Shown: positions 15,348-32,774 of the stretch, one piece after another
Layout of the letters: the number at the start of each line of letters is the position of its first letter
How positions within the stretch are numbered: position 1 is the stretch's first letter
Assembly: GCF_964204645.1 (NCBI RefSeq)
Contig: NC_134028.1
Coordinates: forward strand, 3,286,001-3,350,000
Length of the DNA stretch: 64,000 nt
Reading direction: 5' to 3'
DNA from: Tubulanus polymorphus
Lineage: Eukaryota > Animalia > Nemertea
The notes under the pieces: generated by a model
Told to the model about the DNA's origin: nothing
Databases searched by the model: none
The model's input: the letters and a program-made list of their open reading frames with translations, nothing else
Made by a program: the position numbers and the translations under genes

Positions 15348-16614
15348 GTAAGAGAAACCGATGCCAAAAAGTCTTTTTAAAACCTGTGTTATTTTTTCAG
15401 GAGCTCTCTGACTTCATTATCTATTTTCCGTCCGTGAGTATTCTAATCTACTAAATGTTTTTTTCTGCATCTGGGCATTACCTACCACTCTATCAGGCAG
15501 TAGCTCTCAATCTCATCGCTTTGACGAATGGCCTTTTGATCCAATTACAATTTCTGATTGACGAGTTCTGGATACCTGATTAATTATGTAGGCAGTAAGT
15601 TAATTTGGAAACTGCTAACGATCGATGCTTGATGTGAAACAAATTGGAACGTGTTTTTGTTCACTCCTGGTCACGAAGACACGTATCAATTGAAAAAATA
15701 CGTTTACCATCTGTTACCGCAGAGGAACGGAATAGCGTCTGTTAACAAGTAAAAACCCACAGTTTAGATATTGACAAGTTAGTTTATTATCTGACAGTTT
15801 TAGGGTTACTATTAAACCCAATCATCGGAGAAACCAAAATTAACATTTCGATATCTACTGTGGGTTTTTACTTGTTAACTCTAAACTGCGATTAATATTA
15901 GTCTACCGGTCATCAGAGCTTCTCTTGGTATAGACTTTTCTTATCTACTGTGGGTTTTTACTTGTTAACTCTAAACTGCGATTAATATTAGTCTACCAGT
16001 CATCAGGGCTTCAGTTGGTATAGACTTGATAAACTTCCTAATCAATATCTATGATTCTAACTATATTTCAGATGGTGAAGATGATGATTACAGTAGTTAT
16101 GATATACGCAATGTGTTGGTTACCGTTGCATACGGTCACGTTAATTGGCGAACTGAGTGCTGGTAGTTACAACAGCCTCGGCATGCGAGTAACCTGGATT
16201 ATCTGTCAGATGTTAGCTATGGGAAATAGTTGTTGTAATCCGTTCGTTTATTGTTGGATGAACGCCACCTATCGGAACGGATTCCGTTACGCGCTCCGTT
16301 TTTGTCCGTTCGTGCGTTACGATAAAAAAGAGGACGACCAAATTTCGCGGACTAATACGTACGTTACCACTGTCCGAAGCGGGGTTTACACCGACGGTGG
16401 TTACCAAGCGAAACGTCACTCGGCAAGAAAACAGTTACCGCCTCCCTCGAATGTAAACAAACTCTCGGCGGACAACACTTCGGTCAGTAGTAGCGGCCAG
16501 GAGAACCTACCCACCGAATACGTCCCGCTTCAAAGGTTAAAAAACGGCGGTGCAGTCGACCCGAACGATATCTATCGCGACGACGATGAATGTAGCGATC
16601 CTGGATACGACTGA
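14544..16614 (+). CDS. Luqin/RYamide-type neuropeptide receptor (class A GPCR); join(14544..15347,16072..16614), 448 aa
   Basis: Seven TM segments with GNVIV (TM1), NLALSD (TM2), DRY (TM3), CWLP (TM6) and NPFVY (TM7). N-terminal sequons NLT and NET. ICL3 PGEAVNQRDQRMAASKRK|MVKMM closely resembles the insect RYamide receptor/luqin receptor motif as recalled. Phase-0 GT-AG intron at 15348-16071. Confidence 0.9.
15741..16027. repeat. Intronic composite repeat: ~90-bp tandem duplication (15852-15937 / 15942-16027) plus an inverted partial copy (15741-15770); putative Penelope-like terminal remnant
   Basis: TATCTACTGTGGGTTTTTACTTGTTAACTCTAAACTGCG...TAGACTT occurs twice at a 90-bp period. GTTAACAAGTAAAAACCCACAG at 15741 is its reverse complement. 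The repeat is certain; the family call is tentative. Confidence 0.8.
16072..16614 (+). CDS. GPCR coding exon 2 (TM6, TM7, C-tail)
   Basis: Acceptor tatttcag|ATG GTG AAG; CWLP and NPFVY motifs; stop TGA ends at 16614. Confidence 0.9.
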   Translation: MVKMMITVVMIYAMCWLPLHTVTLIGELSAGSYNSLGMRVTWIICQMLAMGNSCCNPFVYCWMNATYRNGFRYALRFCPFVRYDKKEDDQISRTNTYVTTVRSGVYTDGGYQAKRHSARKQLPPPSNVNKLSADNTSVSSSGQENLPTEYVPLQRLKNGGAVDPNDIYRDDDECSDPGYD

Positions 16615-17340
16615 CGTCATCATCGGGGTGGTGACCCCTGGTGTTGAAATCAGGAATAAACTCCGTTCATTGTCAGTGGCGTTGTACAGTTGAATATTGT
16701 ATCTATATAAGCATGTTTTATGTATAGATATTCGTTATTTTGTTGGAATAGTAAATCATTCACAGCGGCTGATTCGACTGAGATCGAGCCTAAAGATTTC
16801 GAGTTGTTACGTCCCAAATATTACTGTTAGTAAGTCGTGCCTCTTGTCTGTGACGCACAGCGAAAAATAGTTGTCGTTTGTCATATTTTTTGTTATATAT
16901 CTAATGTTATCATACAATTAATGTTTAAAAGGAATCATGATTATTGTTTACGGTAGAAGTAAAAAGACCTTAGACCTGATGCATTCGATTTTAAACTTAA
17001 CTGACACCACCGCTATTGTCTAAAACGTGCAGTTATGATAAGATTATTAGATCTACTTTCAAGTGCTTATACGTGTCTGCACTATATCTGGGTCTTTGCT
17101 TTTTTGGGTATATGTGTAATGACGATATAATCATTCTTGAATGAGATCAACCGTTTGATGCACCTTGATATCAATCTTAATCTATAAATCTATGACTTCG
17201 TTCTATCTAAGTTGCCTGGATATTTCCTTTTAAGATGTCGTTCACCTTAGGATACGGTATGTAAAAGAAGGCAGGGATATTCGGTAAATGCAATGACGAG
17301 CTAATTAATTCTTGATTTGAACTGTTCATTCTGTCAGTGA

Positions 17341-17346
17341 AATAAA
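17341..17346 (+). promoter_or_regulatory. Candidate polyadenylation signal of the GPCR (another AATAAA at 16655-16660)
   Basis: AATAAA ~730 nt after the stop, followed by T/GT-rich sequence. Confidence 0.35.
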
Positions 17347-18703
17347 TGCACATTTCAACGGCGATTTATCGTCTTTTGTCTTCAAATCTTATGTTCATGG
17401 TATTTCTCCGGAATTATTGGTAAGAAAAGAATTCTGCTGCCGATGATAAAAACGACCTTCCCAAATAGGCATTCAGAGACGTTTTGACAGGTGAAATCGT
17501 CCATAGACTGAAACATGTATAGAAATCTGAAAGATCGTTCATTATGAAATTACAGACTAATTTGATTTATTTCAAAAACAAGCATGAATACAAATTTTAC
17601 CCTGAAGCCATTCTGATCTCTAAAAAGAAACATAAAAGCCTAAAAAAAGAACTAACATGTTGAAAAAAATACATTCCCGTTGGTATTGTTTTGGCATGTC
17701 TTTGAAGAGACGACATCTTGTGCTTCAAGCTTCTCAGCCGTAGCATAAATATTGCCAAATCTCCACGAAGCCGATTTGGCATTCTTCACTCGGTTTTCTT
17801 CTACGTGGTATTAATCAGGTAATGACAGTCACATTATACATCAGAGCAACACGTTATTTAACAGAATTCCATTCCATTTGATGTTTTGTTAAATCTTTTG
17901 TGAAAGCCAAGAGAAAATTGTTAACTTTCCTAACATACATCAGTGAAACTATAAATCATGTGTAACTTTCCATAGTTCGCGTCGTGTCAAATTCATTCGA
18001 CATTTTTACCCAAATATTGATATCGTCTTATTGCAATGGTAATAATAATCGTGACAATACGTATGTAGAAGATAAGATACATAAGCAAGGTTATGTACGA
18101 TGTCTCGGTGAGGCCGCCTCGATTGCCGCCAGTTCATTGACATGTTTCTCGCGGTGACGACGCGTGCTTTGTAGTAAAACGTGTCGCGACGTTTTAAAGA
18201 TTTTTATATTTGACATACATATCCATTGACACGTTCAATACGTAAGGATTTCAAGCCGTCAACGCCGAATATAACAAGGTACGTAACACACGTTCTTATG
18301 ATATTTGCACCTCAAAGTTACCATTCAATAAATCCACTAGAAACTCGTGAAAACGCGGTATAGCATTAAACGGGGAATGATTCCACGCCCATGTTTTTTT
18401 TATAGCTATTACGTATATCATAAAATGGAATACAACATACGTTGATCATGATTTCAGCACAAACACACCTACATACCGCGGCGTATGTGCACAAATAATA
18501 TTGCGTGTTCACTTGAAACTATGCGCAACGTTGAACTTCATAACGTCTCGAACAACATAGAAAACATTCGATTGCCTTGGAATTGTTTCAGACAGAATTG
18601 CGTGTCATTACGTACGATATTGTCTCTCGGTTATTTCAATGTAACCCTCAACATGTAACAGTCTTTTTTATTCAAGTTTCGTAAAATCGTTACGTGTAAA
18701 ATA

Positions 18704-18749
18704 ATGGAGAAGTTCGCGGAAATGTACAAAGCATTCCTCGCCAAAGGAG
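18704..18749 (+). CDS. Elongase coding exon 1 ([15 protein letters not shown])
   Basis: ATAATGG start; G|gtaagt phase-1 donor joining to form GDPRT. Confidence 0.8.
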
Positions 18750-20978
18750 GTAAGTTTGAAACATAACAAAAAAAAAACGCAAACCCCCGATTAAGCGGTA
18801 CATCCAGGAAATGATCGATTCAGGACGAGCGATTTATGATTAGCATGAAATTCCTTTCAATATCGCTTCAGATCCTCGTACGGAGAAATGGCTATTTGTA
18901 GAAACACCGGTACCGGCACTAATTCTGTCAAGCTTGTATATACTTGTCAGTATATGTGGGCCAAGATTTATGAAAAACAGGAAACCTCTGAATCTCAAGG
19001 CGCTCATCATTCCGTACAATTTTGCTTTAGTAGGACTATCATCGTTTATATTCTACGAGGTAAGGGCCTAGGCGATATATACAACTATATCGGGCAGTCG
19101 AAACAAAATGTACGCACGGAAATATTACCAAGAGAACAGTTCACTGTCGCGTCAAGTATTCATTGAAAAAAGGTGATCCACAGAAAAGCCTGCGTAGGTT
19201 CTGGAAAATTAATTTTCTGCTAGCTAAACGACTTGGCAATGATTGTTTTCTTTTTCTTATAAAAATTCGCAGATTCTAGCTACAGCAATTAAAGCAAATT
19301 ACAGCCTTCGCTGTGAACCGGTGGATTATTCAAACAACCCGTTAGCTTTAAGAGTAAGTTATACGTCGCATTATGATATGTATTTGTGTTCCCAGAAATC
19401 ATGTGTGTCAAAACGCTTATATTCTCTGGAAGGTTAGCTGATATCACTGATGGCTTTCGTAGAATACATAGATATATCTGTGAATTATTTTTTTTGAACC
19501 TTCAACCTTTTTGATACAGCTAACAAACGATAAAAAATATCAGATCAAAGGTGGAGTTTTTTTTTCGTCTGTCATATGATCATGGTTGGGTAAACACTAG
19601 AAATGTAACGAAAATCGAAGACTAAAAATGTGACTGAGTTCTTGCGAATACTACGTCTAACGAACATGAAGCTTCGATTGGACTGGCAGGACGTGGTGCG
19701 CTATCAACTTGTCACCACGTATAAAACCATATTATAGAGTAAAATGCCCCGCTCCACAACATGAATGTTTTAATGTATTTCCAGATGGCTAACGCTACTT
19801 GGTGGTTTTTCTTTTCAAAGTTCATCGAGCTTTTCGATACTGTGAGTGTTGAATAAGCATTTCGAAATACTCGTATCCTTTCCTCGTATAAATGAATTTA
19901 CCATGCTTTCATCCTTTACAGATTTTTATGATATTGAGAGGCAAAACGAACCAGCTATCATTTTTACATGTTTACCACCATTCCACAATCATCCCCAACT
20001 ACTGGTTGGCAGTTAGATTCGCACCTGGTGGACAGGGTATGTTATGTATATTTCTAGTAAAACATGGGAAAGTAGATATTATTCATATCCGACATACGCT
20101 GAACATGTAATTCCTACCTCAAATCAATAATAATAATAGTGATCTGTATTTTGCGAAGAAATTGAAACAATTCATAACATAATATCTAAATAATACAAGT
20201 ATAAACTGTGCCGATATCAATTGAAGGAACCCATGAATCACGTAAATGTACAGCATACGAATTAAAGAATTAGCTTCTTAATTCACTCTATCGTGAATTC
20301 TCTTTATGAACTATCAATTCGCATAATGGTTTTATATTCTAGCATTTTTTGCCATGCTCCTGAACAGTTTCGTCCACGTACTTATGTACACGTATTATGG
20401 TTTGTCGGCGCTTGGTCCCGAGATGCGCAAATACCTATGGTGGAAAAAGTACATGACCCGTATTCAGTTGGTAAGTATCCTTATGGTAATCTAAGAAGCG
20501 GCATATTGAAACTTTTATCACATCGCGGATTCAATATTTCGCCAACATTTGGACTTGATGAATGCTACGTAACTTATTAAGCTTCACAGCGAGCTGGCTT
20601 CCGTATATTCCAACTGACTGAATTCCGTTATCTGATATTCAAGTCATCGATCATAACATGAGACAATTTTTTCATATACCAGACTCCTGAATTAACATAT
20701 TAAACGTCGCCTGACAACTTCCTATTTTCATTATTACAGGATTTTTAACGTCTGAAAAAAAAACACTTTCGAAATTTCATCTATCATATCATGTGTTACA
20801 GGTACAATTCTGTCTGTTCTTCACGCATGGCGCTTACAACTATTTCCTGACGGACTGCGATTTCCCCGCAGGTCTGAATCTACTCGTGTTGGTTTACAGT
20901 ACGTCTCTGATTGTGCTGTTCATGAATTTCTACATACGCGAATACATCCACAAACAAAACGAGAAGAAAACTAAATAA
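18704..20978 (+). CDS. ELOVL: Very-long-chain fatty acid elongase (ELOVL family, Elovl8/Elovl4-like); join(18704..18749,18872..19059,19273..19353,19785..19841,19922..20036,20343..20470,20802..20978), 263 aa
   Basis: Seven exons with GT-AG borders sum to 792 nt in frame. Motifs are [21 protein letters not shown], the histidine box [25 protein letters not shown] and TRIQLVQF. C-terminal dilysine ER-retrieval signal KKTK. Confidence 0.93.
18872..19059 (+). CDS. Elongase exon 2 ([10 protein letters not shown]...FIFYE)
   Basis: ttcag acceptor, GAG|gtaagg donor. Confidence 0.9.
19273..19353 (+). CDS. Elongase exon 3 ([27 protein letters not shown])
   Basis: cgcag acceptor, AGA|gtaagt donor, 81 nt. 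Confidence 0.9.
19785..19841 (+). CDS. Elongase exon 4 ([19 protein letters not shown])
   Basis: tccag acceptor, ACT|gtgagt donor, 57 nt. Confidence 0.9.
19922..20036 (+). CDS. Elongase exon 5 (contains HVYHH)
   Basis: ttacag acceptor, CAG G|gtatgt donor. Confidence 0.92.
20343..20470 (+). CDS. Elongase exon 6 ([19 protein letters not shown]...RIQL)
   Basis: ttctag acceptor, TTG|gtaagt donor. Confidence 0.92.
20802..20978 (+). CDS. Elongase exon 7 (VQFCLFF...EKKTK*)
   Basis: ttacag acceptor; TAA stop; AATAAA at 21055-21060. Confidence 0.92.
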   Translation, partial: VQFCLFFTHGAYNYFLTDCDFPAGLNLLVLVYSTSLIVLFMNFYIREYIHKQNEKKTK

Positions 20979-23799
20979 CGTTGTCGTTGTTCGCGCGGCG
21001 TCATTGTCACATAGAGAATATACGGTTCATAAATTATTTGCTCACGTCCGAAATAATAAAGAAACACCGGTATTAAATGAATTACATGCAACTTGTTGGC
21101 TAATATTCGTCCCTCCCTGGACTCCTCCCTGAAATCGAGATATCGTATCCATCATGGGCATCCGTGTACATGTTGTAGGCAAAACGGTACCCAGCCAGAA
21201 AATCATTCGTCTCGCCAAATGCTTACCGTTACTTATGGAAACAAGAAAGAAATTCAAAATCCATTTTCATTTGCGATAAGGATAATAGAGATATTTTCAC
21301 TCTAAACGAATAGTCTATTTCTACGATGTTCACATTGATGTAGTGTAACAAATTGCCCGCCTGGATTCGTGTCAGATCTTAACCGTCAAGTGCTGCCTCT
21401 AAAAATAACGTTGCCGGTGAATCTATGAACTGCATAATTACCTACTGTGGTATGCGAGTAATAAGTTAGTTCACATATTCACCGTCAACGATATGTATAG
21501 GGGCAGCACGTTACGGTTATGATTTGACACACATCGATATTCCTACTGTGGCATGCTAGTGACGAGGCCCTTTAGCTTATAAATCTGTATCTCTAGATAA
21601 ATTCTACGCCGCTTTTAATGGAAGTCTTTCGGAATTAGCGTTATAGCATCCGTCCTAGATTTCATGAGGGAATATTTCATATATCTTTACCAAATGAAAA
21701 AAATATTTTTCCCAAACATTCTAGGGCCACCTTAAATAATTTGGGGGAGGGCTAGTCCCCCCTTGGAACCACCCTTTGAGGGAGAATAAGGTTCAGTGAA
21801 AGAGGAGACACTTTACTCGCAAACCTCTTATTGACGATCATGATCATTGATTCAGTTTAGGTGCAATGGAAATAGACTAACACGCATCTCAGCGACAAAC
21901 AGACCATCACACAACATAAAAACTGAACACTGAATACTGTTTAACTTTTTTATTATCATTTCGTGGATCGATATACATTGAATATAAAATGGTGAGAAAT
22001 AAGCGAAAAGCTAACTTACAACTGAAGCATTGAACTAAAATAACAGCAGCACATAACTAGACCTAGAGCTAGGAGACTAAACCAGGGCCTGCCTTCATAG
22101 ATTTGCGCTCATTTCGTGAGTTGAGAGACATAGTCGTTCTCTCCAGAGTACCAGCTTAATATAATACCGGTATATTTCTCAAATACACTTATAAAAACTT
22201 AAGCGGTAGAAAACCCTCTTTAACTAGCATCAGCTATTTCATTCCAAGTCATCTCCAATTAACGTGTGCAACATATAAGATGTCATGAGAATACGCAACC
22301 ATGGAAGATATGTATACTTATCACCGAGGAATGAACTATTAAAACATTCATTTTGAAGAGGAAAAAACATAACACAGCGAGTAACAACCTGGAGGTTTTC
22401 AAACACGCATAAACAAAAATTTTTCACTACATGTAAATTACGTGCCGATCATTAGCTCGGCTTATGATGAAATATTAAACGCGATTACGGCTCGTTCAGT
22501 TATGAATAATGAATATCGTTAATTCGACGACAGAAGTTAAAACAGTAAACTATCTATCATTCAATGCACATTAATTTGTTACAATTGTATAACTTAAACT
22601 CATTTTTCGCAATAGCACCATGATGTTTTCAATGCCGTACGTAGAATTAGTCTTCATCACATTTACTTCTTCAAAAGCTCATATAAAAAGCTGTCATTTC
22701 GTTGAACCTTACGCGATCTTCTTGTACAAATGATTTTACACACACACACACACGCAGCAGGTGCACACAATTTGACGAGCGGAACAAATAAATGACTATG
22801 AACGAAAACGCTTAAGACTCCGCCTGCTTATAACTGGTAGGCCAACAGGGTTTTTAGAAGTCTGACAAATTTTGAAAGTTGAAAATCTATTGCACCAAAC
22901 GGTACAAATCTTCGGTTCAATTTTCCAAAATAAAGAGTAAATTATTGATGCAAAGGTTTTCAGGAGTTTCATTTCCCTTCTTCAGGCATAACACAAGTTA
23001 AAGTGATTAACGTATCTAGATAACTAATAATCCAAAAACGTTTGCAACAATAAATATGTATATATACTCATTAGAAATGAGATTTGTAATTTTGTTTCGC
23101 TACTATGGAAATTCAACTATTTGAACGGTCTACTCAAGATTGATTTTATGAAAAGTGCTTACTTTTGAAATTACCGGTAGGCCCCGATAGCAAACCCTGT
23201 GGTAATACTGTGCATTAAACACAGGCCGAAAAGAAGAAATGTCGGCCATTTCATTACAGGTTTCTTCGTCGAGACGAGCAGTTTACGTAACGAGTCTGCG
23301 GGAATCAATTGTACAACGAATATCGACAGAAAAGAAATGAAAATAGACGGTGACTTTTAGTGTCATATATAGATCCAGGCATAATATCCTTTTTATAATA
23401 ATACCGGTTTAGATTTAACTAACAACGCACCCTGAAAATGTACACATTTATACCGAATTCGATAATAAGAACGCTTGAGGCAAAAACCGCTCCACCTTTA
23501 AACAAAAACAATATATATATATATGGTATACCAGCAAAATTCAAATATTCTAAATGAATTCGATAATAGTTGACTATATATAGTTAATGAAAAATTTTCC
23601 TTATTACATATATCAATCAAACACATCCAATCCCAACTGATGATAGAAACAACGTTATATTAAAACAACCAACGAACTAAAAAAAAAAAACAACCGTTAT
23701 ATTTGTATATGTATGCCTCGGGTAACGGGGCTTAGTTTATCAAGCTATCTTGACAAGTTCGGTAAGTTGCAGGTATAGGAAGCGTACATATCGAAACTA

Positions 23800-24076
23800 C
23801 AGTCAATCTCGTGTAAGTCATAGCTTAGGGACCGTATGAATATGAACGACTTATGTGAGCCACGAGTCGTACATTTAAGTCGGATTTGAAACTTGTCTAC
23901 AGAAACAGCGGGGCATCCTTTTTAAATGCAATCCTAGCGTGCGATATAGACGTTTAACTATGGCTTAGAGACAGAGTAAAGGTATTTTCATGGCGGAAAA
24001 CAGGTTTTAGAAATTCGTACGACCTTGGAGATTATACGACCATACCGTAGGGTGAGGAATTACACGAGTTTGACTG
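23800..24076. mobile_element. Tc1/mariner-like MITE
   Basis: TA|CAGTCAATCTCGTGTAA ... TTACACGAGTTTGACTG imperfect terminal inverted repeats. CAG termini after TA are typical of Tc1/mariner/pogo elements. Confidence 0.65.
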
Positions 24077-24404
24077 TTTTCAATATTCAGCTGAACATAC
24101 ACGACAACACCAATTCGGTCCAATTGATCCAATAATCTTAACTCTAAACAAATCTAATATAATCGCCCGATTTCAATGCAATTCAATGAAATGGACAAAT
24201 AATTGGTCGCAATATTCCATCTGAATTATCGGAAAATGTAAGTTCGCTCAAAAACCACCTAGAGTACCTCTATATATAATATACATGTAACATATCACCG
24301 CTGTTTTAAAAACAAGCAATCAATTCTTCTCGTCATGATATAATTAATATCTATAATAAATAACTAATAGTTATACATGTACTACACACATGTAAACACA
24401 TATA

Positions 24405-24550
<146 letters not shown>

Positions 24551-25464
24551 AATATGTGGTGATGTTTTGTATCATACCTTACACTAACAAACAAATAAAC
24601 GTCTTCATCCGTATAACTTAATAAGTGACAACAAAAAATTAAAACACTACTCTACTTTAGGGTTTCAATACAGTAGTTGATGGTCTGTTCATCGTGCAGA
24701 GCCATCAGCACGCATCAGATGTCAAAATTAATTCATTAAGTCAAAATAAGTTCATTTTCAATCGGGCTTTCGAATCGAAATATTATCATCAAACAGACGA
24801 ATGACTTCGCAACGCACGGTTTGGTAACGTTTTCCCTGAAAATTGATTTATGAATGAGTAAAGATGTTTCCATCGCAAATTGAAATCTAGAAGAATCTAA
24901 AGCCATCGGTGCTATTAGCGAACCGGGTGGTTTCGTGCTTGCCACACCAGCCGTGCCGACACCCCATAACACGATTGATAATGCTGGTAATTCAATAAAG
25001 GATTTAAGTAGATATCCAACAGAATTTAAATGGCATCTTATTCATATCCCATACACCAATTCGGTTACAATTCCTACTCGCGAAAGCACGATTCTTTCTC
25101 GCGCAGGAGTTAAAAAATATTTTCTCAATATCAAACGGACACAACATCGATGATGTATTATTTCACACACGGAAAAAAAGAAAGAAACTCGAGCGTCTCT
25201 GTACAAAATGATCGTATAACGTTGCTGCCTATGTTGTTGTGATTGATCCAGACATTCATAGTCTCTAAAGAGCCCGTTTCTCTTGTATAAAATCATCTCA
25301 GTCATATTGCGCACATACGAATGCGATTTCTCAAGTAACCAATCGTTGAGAGACACACACTAAACCGGAATGTTAACCGTCCACACAGAGTTACTACCGA
25401 TCTTCATTTCATCATCGCAAAATCGTTCTCATATAAACAGTCGATTGCACTATATTCTAAATAT

Positions 25465-30765
<5,301 letters not shown>

Positions 30766-31120
30766 ATTTGCGCTCTCTGTAGCTCGTATCGAAATATACG
30801 GGATGCAATTACTCGATAGCGATATAGCAAAACGCACCGTCGAGTATCGAGACATACTCCCTCCGATCGCGTCGAATTTACCACAACTTTACTGGGGGAG
30901 ATAATTCAGTATTGGAACAGCTGTTTAATTGATCCGATTGAGAGATGGCGACACTGTTCAGCAGCAAGAAAATAAATAAATTCCACTTGCGGTCGGGTTT
31001 TCGTTCAGTTCTCAGGCGGCCGAATAAACAAGACTTTCCGATTTGCAACTCCAAATCTTCAACGTTAATATAAATACAAATTCTTTTTTCATCATAAGTG
31101 CAAAGTTGTCTTGCTTAAAT

Positions 31121-31180
31121 GCGGGATTCGAACCCTTGACTCTTAGAGATTCCGAATAAGCATTAGCCCTAGCTCATTCC
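31121..31180 (-). other. tRNA-like fragment (Pol III B-box), possibly a tRNA-derived SINE head or pseudo-tRNA
   Basis: Minus strand reads ...AAGGGTTCGAATCCCGC, a T-arm/B-box. No convincing cloverleaf or A-box. Confidence 0.3.
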
Positions 31181-32661
31181 CGCCGTCCATGTTAGCCAAT
31201 CATTGCCTTGCGCGGGAAGATACGTAGGCGCGCATAAAAGGTTTTTCCACAGGCTCCGAATCCCAGGCTGAAAAGATGCATCTCATGGCCAGCCAGTTCA
31301 TTAAATAATCAGCTTAAGATCATAATCGAATCAATTAGCGAAAAATTTGTTTAAATGCTGTCATTTTCTTAGGAAAATAAAAGGCTACCGGGCGGTTCAC
31401 CATGAACAATGAATTTTCAAAAAAGAAAAATTAGAAATCGATTAGGGGGGTCAAGTTTATGTTTAAAATACTTAGAAACAAGGTAAAAATCTTTATAGCC
31501 TAAAATCTTTCGAGTTTGCACGATCGTCGTTACCTTCTCTGAACTTTCATCACTTTGATATTAGTGACATCATGGTATGCAATAATCACGGCATTCATAA
31601 CGATAACGGATGCCAGCGAGCAAAAGGCAGACTAATGTTGGCCATTCACTATCAATTGGTAGAATTCAAGTCATCACGATCCTGGTTATGAATGAATTTA
31701 TTCAGGAGAATGGCCGGCGGATAGAATAAGAAAAATGCACCAATCCTTTCTTTCTCTGTGTCAGCAGAGCGGGGTTTACTTTTAGATAATCAATTCGCTT
31801 TATTTGCTTCGCAGTTTTGAATGAAGTTGAAGATACTCGCTAATCCTTTATATCGATCTAACAGTCGCTGAACATGGAATATTCATTAGGATAGGCCATA
31901 TTCCAAAAGGTCTAGCTTGTCTTTTCGCGTTCCCATATTTCATTGAACAAATCTAAACCCGATGGTCGACGCTTTGATCCGAGTATCCACGTGTGCTTCC
32001 AATTAATTCCGTGGTGGTGGAAATGATTACAAAAAAACGAGGAGAACGAAGACAAAAATTGCGTAAAATATAATCGTGCCACAGGATCGGTTTTTTTGTA
32101 TAGTTTTTTTTCCGGTGTAACCGATCCTACAGTAGTCCGGGAGAATTAATTCTTGATGCAACGTCGACCTGATGTATGCCTTGACGTAACTGGTGGCATT
32201 TTAATCTGACGCATGGAGTGGAGGATAACATGAAATTTATACAACGTTTAGAATGTTTCTGAATATGTTTTTTTTTACATAATTTTCATTGCGAATTTCT
32301 TTCCGCGGCATCAAAGCATTGTTTCGTCGTCTTGCTTGACCTCGAAGAACAAAAGCAAGGATTCTGTTTTTATGCTTAAGTGAGCTCGATGATCGTCGTT
32401 ACATGGATAAACGGTTGTTTTGTATCAGATGACGACTCGTAAATTAATTTCACGTGTTAAATGAATGTCGCCTACACGTTGTTTACTCTGTGGCCGCCGT
32501 GTCACCGTTTTCGCATCAAATTACCCCCATTCCGCGGCTATCTAATAAAAGTATCACCGTGTAAACTAAGAGAACGATAATTTCTTTCGCAACAGTACGT
32601 TAGCACTCTCGCATAAAACTAGTTCAAAATATTGGTTTCCATAGACCATATTGACTATATT

Positions 32662-32774
32662 GACTCAATTCTATGAGCCATTTTCAAAATCTGATTTTGA
32701 AAATGGCTCATAGAACTGAGTCGAAACGTCAGATTCTCTTCTGGTTTTTTCATTGCATTGTGGGTTTTTTACTT
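32662..32774 (+). repeat. 61-bp palindrome (30-bp arms, 1 mismatch, 1-nt loop) overlapping a putative Penelope-type terminal motif
   Basis: GACTCAATTCTATGAGCCATTTTCAAAATC-T-GATTTTGAAAATGGCTCATAGAACTGAGTC, followed by GAAACGTCAGA...TGTGGGTTTTTTACTT. Confidence 0.75.

Noticed and set aside
15852-16027. Direct repeats resembling a CRISPR array
   Set aside because: Only two ~86-bp units with no unique spacers, inside a spliceosomal intron, with no cas genes.
22846-23199. Possible hAT MITE (CAGGGTTT...AAACCCTG)
   Set aside because: Only an 8-bp TIR, and the flanking 8-mers do not match as a TSD.
30766-30855. Upstream in-frame ATG extending macroH2A by 30 aa
   Set aside because: The canonical histone MSGRG start is at 30765. 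The extension has no H2A similarity and may lie in the UTR or upstream of the TSS, although it is not formally excluded.
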